Shown: positions 1 to 6,148 of the stretch, piece after piece
Layout: each line of letters starts with the position of its first letter
Position numbering within the stretch: the first letter of the stretch is position 1
Virus record (IMG/VR): IMGVR_UViG_3300031867_000016
Span: 1 to 27,292 of that record
Strand: one strand, 5' to 3'
DNA: 27,292 nucleotides
Origin: a virus
Taxonomy: Duplodnaviria > Heunggongvirae > Uroviricota > Caudoviricetes
The notes under the pieces: generated by a model
What the model was told of the DNA's origin: nothing
The model's input: the letters and a program-made list of their open reading frames with translations, nothing else
Database searches by the model: none
Position numbers and translations under genes: made by a program

Positions 1-453
1 TGCCAGTCTGCGGAAGAGACCGCAGAAATAATGAAATGTCTCGACAGACATTTTGTTGGTAATAATAATTGATCTTTTGATTGTCGGATTGATGAATACC
101 CGACATATGAGGAAATCCTCAATTTTATGATTAATATCAGGCTGTTCGATCCAGCCTTCGGGAATTTCGAAATTCAGTGTAATGGTGCCATGCCGCTGCA
201 TGTTGATAATAAAGAGAATGTTTTCTTCGTCATCGCTGACGAATGCATCGCGTATTGTGCTGCTGGTGCAGTTGCTGTTGGGCCAGCTGCCAATTGAAAA
301 CCGTTCCGAATTATCCAATCTGTCAACAAGAAGCAATCTTGCGGCAATAAGCATTGCTTTATCTGGCAAAATTGTACTCTGTGAAATGTGAAAAAGTGTA
401 TGTTCTGCCCAGGAATCGAGCAGACTATGATAATTAATTTCTGAACTAAGCAT
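1..453 (-). CDS. Hypothetical protein downstream of the Ubl gene, 5' part only (MLSSEINYHSLLDSW...; runs off the window edge)
   Basis: Not in the ORF track. AAGGAG RBS then ATG at 453; the frame is open for 151 codons to position 1 (manual translation). Confidence 0.75.
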   Translation of the reverse strand, partial: MLSSEINYHSLLDSWAEHTLFHISQSTILPDKAMLIAARLLLVDRLDNSERFSIGSWPNSNCTSSTIRDAFVSDDEENILFIINMQRHGTITLNFEIPEGWIEQPDINHKIEDFLICRVFINPTIKRSIIITNKMSVETFHYFCGLFRRLA

Positions 454-485
454 TGTTCTTCTCCTTCCGTGAGCAGAATTGATAG

Positions 486-522
486 AAAAAAATAGGCCAA
501 CGACTTTTCTGTCGTTGGCCTA
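486..522 (-). terminator. Intrinsic terminator after the Ubl gene
   Basis: Perfect 12-bp stem TAGGCCAACGAC/GTCGTTGGCCTA followed by T7 on the minus strand. Confidence 0.8.
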
Positions 523-530
523 TGTATTAC

Positions 531-1142
531 TTACTCAACAGAGATCGCACCGCGAATCTCGTCAAGCAGTCCGCCAACTTCACTGAGTGCTTCAGTGATA
601 GCATGCTCAACCTTGTTGAGCTTGTAAAGGCCAATGCCATATGCCTCTTCGACATACTTAGCAGGATCCTTGCCTTCATAAGGCAGAGTGATGGTTGCGA
701 GACCATCAGCAGTCGTGTCATCAGAGAATGCTGCGCTCCAGGTGCTCAGATTGCCGCAGGAATCGGTTTCAGTGGTCACGATAAAGGACGGATCACCGTT
801 TTCATCAAGCAGCTTCAGCGCTTCAGGAGCGTACTTTTCAATCTTCTGGATGTCTTCCAGCTTGTGAGCACTGGTAACAACGACAACGGAGCCAGTCACC
901 TTTGCTGTTGCTGCGTTCTCGCTCTTTACGGTAGACATTGCCTGAATCTGAATATTGGGATTCAGTCCCAGGTCATCCAGAGTCGTATCGAGATCTGTGA
1001 CAAACCGACCTCCAACGGAAACCTTGCCGTTGCCCACCGGAATGCCGGCGTGTTCGAACAGTTCATAAACAGTCATGTCACCATCAACGATGACGGTCTT
1101 GCGATTGAGGGAATTGGATACTGTGATATTGTACTGTGCCAT
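531..1142 (-). CDS. Protein with an N-terminal ubiquitin-like (beta-grasp) domain and an uncharacterised C-terminal domain, 203 aa
   Basis: Start moved to MAQYNITV (AAGGTGG RBS). The first ~75 aa show a Ubl pattern: beta-beta-alpha (TVYELFEHAGI), beta (VSVGG), DTTLDDLGL, final beta strand. Confidence 0.65.
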   Translation of the reverse strand: MAQYNITVSNSLNRKTVIVDGDMTVYELFEHAGIPVGNGKVSVGGRFVTDLDTTLDDLGLNPNIQIQAMSTVKSENAATAKVTGSVVVVTSAHKLEDIQKIEKYAPEALKLLDENGDPSFIVTTETDSCGNLSTWSAAFSDDTTADGLATITLPYEGKDPAKYVEEAYGIGLYKLNKVEHAITEALSEVGGLLDEIRGAISVE

Positions 1143-1265
1143 AGTGTTTTTCCACCTTTTCAAAATTTTATTATTATAGGAATCGTAATAGAGAAACAGA
1201 GAACAGGAAAATTACGTGGGGCTTCTTGCTCGTTTCATATGCTCCTCCTTTTAGCATTCGGGTCC

Positions 1266-1341
1266 TGGTACTCGCAGCTGGATTCGAACCAGCGACCAGC
1301 GGTTTATAAGACCGCCACTCTCACCACTGAGTTATGCGAGC
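1266..1341 (-). tRNA. trnI: tRNA-Ile(UAU), CCA encoded
   Basis: Full 76-nt cloverleaf: acceptor GCUCGCA/UGCGAGU, D stem ACUC/GAGU, anticodon stem GCGGU/ACCGC with loop CUUAUAA, T loop UUCGAAU, ACCA end. Confidence 0.92.
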
Positions 1342-1414
1342 AAAAGACCGTTCATTGCGAACGGTCTTCAAGAAAGAAGAGTAAAAATACATATTGCTGG
1401 TGCTTTACCAGCAG

Positions 1415-1487
1415 TCTGAGTGCCGGGACTTGAACCCGGAGCCTCATGCTCCCAGGGCATGCGCTCTGCCAATTGCGCTACACCCAG
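1415..1487 (-). tRNA. trnP: tRNA-Pro(UGG), no encoded CCA, C at position 33
   Basis: Acceptor CUGGGUG/CACUCAG with A73, anticodon stem CAUGC/GCAUG with loop CCUGGGA, T arm CCGGG-UUCAAGU-CCCGG. Confidence 0.88.
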
Positions 1488-1491
1488 TCAG

Positions 1492-1803
1492 TCACATGAT
1501 GTCCTCGTATGTATTTTTGTCTTCTACATATTTCCAGACATATTTAATCATCTCTGGATGGATGATGTAATGACACTCATCAACACCATATACTGTTTCG
1601 GCGTTTGAGTTGTTGTGTGTCATTGCTGTAATGGTTGTTGAAATTCCATTCAGCTTTTCATATGATTCTTTGTATCCTGAATCTTCCGTACAGAATGTAA
1701 AGAATTTTTTTCCAGCTTCCCAGACATCATCAACCATTATAATTTTGTCGCCTTTTCTCAGGTTGTACTTGTCTTCACCTTGAAGTTGCACCATCTTCTG
1801 CAT
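1492..1803 (-). CDS. Hypothetical protein, 103 aa
   Basis: ORF track. Start moved to MQKMVQ behind a GAGGAG RBS. Confidence 0.75.
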   Translation of the reverse strand: MQKMVQLQGEDKYNLRKGDKIIMVDDVWEAGKKFFTFCTEDSGYKESYEKLNGISTTITAMTHNNSNAETVYGVDECHYIIHPEMIKYVWKYVEDKNTYEDIM

Positions 1804-1901
1804 ATGGTTGTTTCTCCTCTGTCCATTGTTCAGCTTCGTGCAAGATTGCGCTATATTCGGCATCAATGTTCATCTTTGTTCACCTCAAATAAAATAAAGG
1901 T

Positions 1902-1931
1902 TGCCACTTTGCCCAGAAAGGCAAAGTGGCA
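1902..1931 (-). terminator. Terminator-like hairpin downstream of ssb
   Basis: 12-bp stem TGCCACTTTGCC/GGCAAAGTGGCA flanked by A/T tracts. Confidence 0.65.
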
Positions 1932-1974
1932 GAAAAAAAGACTCTGTGTTTTACCACAGAGTCTATAAATCGTA

Positions 1975-2421
1975 TTAGAATGGCAGTTCATCTGCAGGAA
2001 TGGAGATGCGCTGGCGGCGAACCGGCTGGCGCACAGGAGCAGCGGGAGCTTCTTCTACAGGTTCTGCTTCTTCCTCAATCTCCTCAGCTGGAGCTTCAGT
2101 CGTCGGCTTCGGAGAGAGGAATTCGACCGTGCGAGCATTCAGCTGCAGGTTCTTGTAGATGGTGCCATCCTTGGCAACAGGGTTGCAATCAAGAATGCCC
2201 TCTACATAGACCTTGCGGCCCTTGCTCAGGTACTTGCGACAGGAGTCTGCTGCACCACGCCAGGTGGTTACTTCGATAAAACGGGCTTCACGATCCTTGT
2301 TGTAAGGATCATTCACGGCGATTCTGAACTTGCAGTTGTGGACGATTTCTCCGCCCTTCAGCTGCACTTCCTTGAAAACGGGATCATTACAAAGATTTCC
2401 GATCATCATTGTGCTGTACAT
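1975..2421 (-). CDS. ssb: Single-stranded DNA-binding protein, 148 aa
   Basis: OB-fold motifs (MIGNLCNDP, FRIAVN, FIEVTTW, YLSKGRKVYVEG) and an acidic tail ending DELPF. AAGGAG RBS before MYSTMM. Confidence 0.95.
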   Translation of the reverse strand: MYSTMMIGNLCNDPVFKEVQLKGGEIVHNCKFRIAVNDPYNKDREARFIEVTTWRGAADSCRKYLSKGRKVYVEGILDCNPVAKDGTIYKNLQLNARTVEFLSPKPTTEAPAEEIEEEAEPVEEAPAAPVRQPVRRQRISIPADELPF

Positions 2422-2624
2422 AGTTTTACTCTCCTTCTTCTTTTTCGGCATGCCTCTAAACATGCTGCATTTTTTTGTCTTGACAGATAATGCTGCCTGC
2501 ATTTCACTGTTAGACGGTCAGTGTCCGCGCAAAAGGAGGTGCACTCTCCAATTGCAGATATTGCTCACTTTGTGAGCATATTTGTGTAGGAAGCTCTTTT
2601 GAGAAATTCTCTCAATTGAACTTT

Positions 2625-2666
2625 CTTCATCAACTGAAAGCAGCCGCCCCGCGGCGGTATAAAAAG
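2625..2666. repeat. 42-bp element, copy 1 (copy 2 at 6107-6148)
   Basis: 35/42 identity by manual alignment; contains a GCCGC-CCC-GCGGC hairpin. Confidence 0.8.
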
Positions 2667-2785
2667 CTCAAGCAGGAAGAAACGCACAAGAAGGAAAACC
2701 TTGAAAAATATAGTTTTCAAAGTTTCATTTCTCGGTGTTTTTCCTGATTTCGCAATTTTTCACAACCAGTCGCGGCTGTTCCCCG

Positions 2786-2859
2786 TGTCCATACTGAGAT
2801 TCGAACTCAGACTGTACGCATTTTAAGTGCGTTGCCTCTGCCGATTGGGCTATATGGAC
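2786..2859 (-). tRNA. trnL: tRNA-Leu(UAA), short variable loop, no encoded CCA
   Basis: Acceptor GUCCAUA/UAUGGAC with A73, anticodon stem ACGCA/UGCGU with loop CUUAAAA, T arm CUGAG-UUCGAAU-CUCAG, 5-nt variable region. Confidence 0.9.
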
Positions 2860-2971
2860 ATAAAAAGAGAGGCATGTGCTAGCCGTACATATGCCTCAAT
2901 TATTAAAGGAGGTTTCAGAATGGAGTAATGCACCATGAAATACATTACTCCAGGACAGTGGTCAAAAATAG

Positions 2972-3050
2972 TCGGGGTTCTCGGATTTGCACCGAACGCG
3001 CCACTAAGGTCAAAGCTGGAATTGCACCAGTCTCACACTTCGTAACCCCG
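2972..3050 (-). ncRNA. tRNA-like RNA candidate with acceptor stem and two T-loop arms but no anticodon arm
   Basis: CGGGGUU/AACCCCG + A; UUCGG-UGCAAAU-CCGAG directly 5' of the acceptor 3' strand; second arm CUGG-UGCAAUU-CCAG. Confidence 0.55.
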
Positions 3051-3268
3051 AAGCGTATACGCGGTTAGGTCACATAACTGCGTATACTGTCATGAGAGGA
3101 GGTTTGTTGCGATCTGCATCCTATTTTCCAGTCCATCCATCTCCGGTATCACAAAAATGCCAGTCAGATGACGATTTCCACAATGTAAATTCAGAGAAAA
3201 ATATCACCGGCTTCTTTGTAAATATCAGTCATGAAAAATTAGCATAACCAGTTCGCACTACCTATAGA

Positions 3269-3686
3269 CCTTCGCCCCGCGAAGGAAATTTAACGTTTAC
3301 ATAAGAATTTAATTTACCTCCCCGGCTATATACTAATAATATAAATCTCGCAGATCGTATTGAAACAGCGGATAACTGCACAATACTCTAAATCTGCGAG
3401 AATGCGTGTGCTCCCCCGTTTGGAGGAGGGGGAGCACACGCTAATATTACAGGAGTCTCTTTCTGCCTTTCGTTCGAACGAAAGACAGAGAGAGACTCTA
3501 TATATAGTAGGGAAGAACATCAAATTTCCTATCATAGAATTATTGTGGAACTGAGTGGGAAATTATGGAAGAGGAAAAGAAAGAAAAAGAGCAGAAAAGT
3601 TCAAAAATAGGGAAAAATAGGGAAAAGAACTGTTCTTTTCTTTTTCTTCTTTTTCTTTTCTTCCATTCCCTCATAAATTTTCTCAC
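3269..3686. repeat. Cluster of inverted repeats and palindromes
   Basis: Stems at 3269-3285, 3346-3401, 3404-3441 (14 bp perfect), 3453-3498 (46-nt near-perfect palindrome) and about 3555-3686 (purine tract vs pyrimidine tract). Confidence 0.75.
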
Positions 3687-3728
3687 ATTAACTTATCTTA
3701 TGTTATTATGCGAAAATTTAAGTTAATA

Positions 3729-4025
3729 TAAAACTGCTATATAATATTATGGGCCCAAAAAAATTGTCTGCATGGGCAGGAGGAAGGCCCATGCAGACAT
3801 AGTGGCTGTGTTCCGCTTCTGGAGTTGAACCAGACTATGATGACCACATAGCGGACATAAAATTAGCATATAATAATATGGGCCCAAAAAATTTTACTGC
3901 GTGAAATAAAACTCCACTATTATATTATGGGCCCAAAAAATTTAGCCACCAAGAAAAAGTGAGCCCATAATATAGATATACTAGTAATATAAAATTAGTA
4001 TATTATATTATGGGCCCAAAAAATT
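3729..4025. repeat. Four ~36-bp direct repeats TAAAA-N17-GGGCCC-A6-7-TT (iteron-like or promoter-like)
   Basis: Copies start at 3729, 3858, 3907 and 3990; GGGCCC is exactly 22 bp downstream in each. Partial inverted copy GAGCCCATAATATA at 3961. Confidence 0.9.
3810..3856 (-). ncRNA. Minimal tRNA-like element (acceptor stem plus T arm)
   Basis: UCCGCU/AGCGGA stem stacked on UCUGG-UUCAACU-CCAGA; only a 15-nt linker replaces the D and anticodon arms. Confidence 0.4.
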
Positions 4026-4074
4026 TACGGCATCTGTTTCTCATATATATTATTAAAAACCGATGCCGTATATT

Positions 4075-4587
4075 TTATCCTGCCTGATACCATTCATCGA
4101 TATCAGCAGTAGCTTCTTCTGTCCCATTCCATATATCATCATCGAATGTCAATGGGATGTTGTAGAACTCGCTGATCCATTCCATCAAGGCGAGATCGTT
4201 ATCTTTACTTTTTTCAGCTTCTTTCTTTGGTAAGTAAATATTGCCTATAGAATATAACTTTCTTTTCGGTATTTCATTTTCCGGTATTGATGCGAGAGCT
4301 CGTAGCTGAAACCAGTCTATCTGGATCTCATTGTCTTCTTTATTGAAACCGATGAAGCCATTATCTACGAGCCATTGTCTTGCTCGCAGAATGTGGTTCT
4401 TTGTCACCCCGGTTTTGTTCTGAATGTATTGTTTCGATGGGCGAAAGCCGCCCTGACACAAACAATAAAGCGAGAATACTTTCGCATTCTCGCTCTTTAT
4501 CTTGAACTTGTGGATGATGTCATTGACTAGATCTTTGTGCGATTCACCTTCCTTGTATGAATAATGTTTGATGTAGGCCGGTATCAT
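4075..4587 (-). CDS. Putative winged-HTH DNA-binding or replication initiator-like protein, 170 aa
   Basis: FRPSKQYIQNKTGVTKNHILRARQWLVDNGFI resembles the wHTH of phage initiators; adjacent to the AT-rich repeats. Confidence 0.55.
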   Translation of the reverse strand: MIPAYIKHYSYKEGESHKDLVNDIIHKFKIKSENAKVFSLYCLCQGGFRPSKQYIQNKTGVTKNHILRARQWLVDNGFIGFNKEDNEIQIDWFQLRALASIPENEIPKRKLYSIGNIYLPKKEAEKSKDNDLALMEWISEFYNIPLTFDDDIWNGTEEATADIDEWYQAG

Positions 4588-4591
4588 GATA

Positions 4592-5059
4592 TCACTTCTT
4601 CTTTTCCAGGATGTGATACTTCCTGTACTTGATATTCTTTGAGTTCATGTAGTCATTCATCTTATTGTAGTCGCGGCTTTCAACAACCATGACATTCTCA
4701 AAGATATTGAACAATTTCTTACCAACTCCGTACGGCGAAGGATCGCAGTGATCCATGATCAGCATATAGTTATTCTTGCGAATATACTTCTTTGCTGTCA
4801 TTGAAAACTGTGCTCCTTTGAAGAAACTTGGACCAGCGACAATGCTGATATTATTCTTGAAGAAGTCTTTGACGGCGTTGTTATTGCCACGGAAAACAAC
4901 CTTCTCTGCATTAGTTACGTTCGACACTGCATCATGGATGCTGGACATATGAGTCTTACTGATGATGATGAATTTGTACTTCGGATGTTTCTGTACAAAT
5001 TCTGCGATGAATTCATGCGGGTTATATGATGCGTTATTGATAGAAACGATGTTAGACAT
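4592..5059 (-). CDS. Hypothetical protein, 155 aa (possible degenerate helicase C-terminal-like fold)
   Basis: ORF track, AAGAAAGGAAAG RBS, tightly coupled to the next gene. The fold call is weak. Confidence 0.7.
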   Translation of the reverse strand: MSNIVSINNASYNPHEFIAEFVQKHPKYKFIIISKTHMSSIHDAVSNVTNAEKVVFRGNNNAVKDFFKNNISIVAGPSFFKGAQFSMTAKKYIRKNNYMLIMDHCDPSPYGVGKKLFNIFENVMVVESRDYNKMNDYMNSKNIKYRKYHILEKKK

Positions 5060-5116
5060 ATTTTTACTTTCCTTTCTTTAATGAGGGGCCATCATCTGCA
5101 GATGGCCCCGAATGTT

Positions 5117-5377
5117 TTAAAACGGATATTCGGTAGCTGCGATGTGGAGAATAACTTTCCACTTGCCACAGATGTAATCAATGGAACACATTTCCTGTGT
5201 CGACATAATGTCTATGCTTTCATCGTATACAGGAAATTCAAAAACATCAATACCTTCATGCCCAACCAGTTGTTCGTCTTGTTTGTGGGCATAAGCGATA
5301 GCTGTGTCTTTGTTGGTAAAATACCTTTCCTTCTTTGACGCCATTGCTGGTTTTAAAGATACTCTGTAGATAAACAT
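5117..5377 (-). CDS. Hypothetical protein, 86 aa
   Basis: ORF track; AGGAGG RBS at 5383-5388. Confidence 0.8.
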   Translation of the reverse strand: MFIYRVSLKPAMASKKERYFTNKDTAIAYAHKQDEQLVGHEGIDVFEFPVYDESIDIMSTQEMCSIDYICGKWKVILHIAATEYPF

Positions 5378-5395
5378 ACTAGTCCTCCTAAGGGA

Positions 5396-5426
5396 GTAGA
5401 GGGCTGCTCATCAGGCAGCCCTCTAC
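5396..5426. terminator. Terminator-like hairpin
   Basis: 12-bp stem GTAGAGGGCTGC/GCAGCCCTCTAC. Confidence 0.55.
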
Positions 5427-5430
5427 GTGG

Positions 5431-5619
5431 TTATTTGGCTGTGACTTCTGAATCGATCCAACCAGGAAGATTGCGAGCAGTTGTCTTGAGAGCCCACAGA
5501 TCACGATGACGTTCCGCAGTTGCGCGGAATTTATCTGCTGATTCTTTGTTATCGAAGCGAGCTGTAAGGATAACGGGACGCTGCATGAATGCGATTGCTG
5601 GAACGGTGACGATTGCCAT
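5431..5619 (-). CDS. Hypothetical protein, 62 aa
   Basis: Start moved to MAIVTVP behind AAGGAGG. Confidence 0.75.
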   Translation of the reverse strand: MAIVTVPAIAFMQRPVILTARFDNKESADKFRATAERHRDLWALKTTARNLPGWIDSEVTAK

Positions 5620-5641
5620 AATAATAAACCTCCTTAAAATA

Positions 5642-5878
5642 TTAGTTATCGCTATAGAACCAGTTGTATTCCTGCAACTCGCCATCAATTTCCATGATGA
5701 TGGTTTCGTAGCGAGGATGATGCTCTACCTTGTATATATAGGTGGAGCCGACAGCTTGCAGATATCCGCACTTGAAAGAAGTGCATACAACTGCAATAGT
5801 GATTACTGCGATAAGAAAGAGCTGACCGATATGATCTCCAAACCAGCTTTCTCTCCATGCTTTTTGCAAATCAGACAT
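5642..5878 (-). CDS. Small membrane protein, 78 aa
   Basis: One hydrophobic segment (LFLIAVITIAVVC); GAGG RBS. Confidence 0.7.
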   Translation of the reverse strand: MSDLQKAWRESWFGDHIGQLFLIAVITIAVVCTSFKCGYLQAVGSTYIYKVEHHPRYETIIMEIDGELQEYNWFYSDN

Positions 5879-6095
5879 TGTAAGACCTCCTCAAATAATT
5901 GCTTGCTGCAAGAACACGTGCATACTTTTGTTTATCAAATTTCTTTGACAGGTTTTCATAGCGCAGGTCCGTAACTTTGTCGATAAAGGCTTTCTTGCTG
6001 CTTGCTTCGACAAGAATTACTTCGCCTTCGTAGAAGCGGTATTTACCGTTTACGATTGCGAATGAGTAATAGGTTCCATAAATTAGCTGTGTCAT
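5871..6095 (-). CDS. Hypothetical protein, 74 aa
   Basis: Start moved to MTQLIYG behind AAGGAGG; overlaps the next gene by 8 bp. Confidence 0.75.
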   Translation of the reverse strand: MTQLIYGTYYSFAIVNGKYRFYEGEVILVEASSKKAFIDKVTDLRYENLSKKFDKQKYARVLAASNYLRRSYNV

Positions 6096-6106
6096 ATTGT
6101 TGCCTC

Positions 6107-6148
6107 CTTCATCACCATAACGCAGCCACCCCGTGGCGGTGTAAAAAG
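6107..6148. repeat. 42-bp element, copy 2
   Basis: Matches 2625-2666, with a compensatory stem change (GCCAC-CCC-GTGGC). Confidence 0.8.

Noticed and set aside
522-1433. 303-aa plus-strand ORF and other long antisense ORFs (e.g. 6763..7509, 25245..25931, 18632..19183)
   Set aside because: They are shadows of well-supported genes or tRNAs on the opposite strand.
2972-3050. FMN or cobalamin riboswitch, or a canonical tRNA
   Set aside because: T-loop motifs are present but the riboswitch core sequences are not, and no anticodon arm can be formed.
3107-3247. 46-aa plus-strand ORF behind GAGGAGG
   Set aside because: TTG start with short spacing, against the local gene orientation, and no recognisable features; counted instead among the orphan AGGAGG motifs.
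3453-3498. Protelomerase target (telRL) site
   Set aside because: The palindrome alone is insufficient and no protelomerase gene is in the window.
3729-4025. CRISPR array
   Set aside because: Spacers are irregular (about 92, 13 and 47 bp), the 5' half of the repeat is degenerate, and no cas genes are present.
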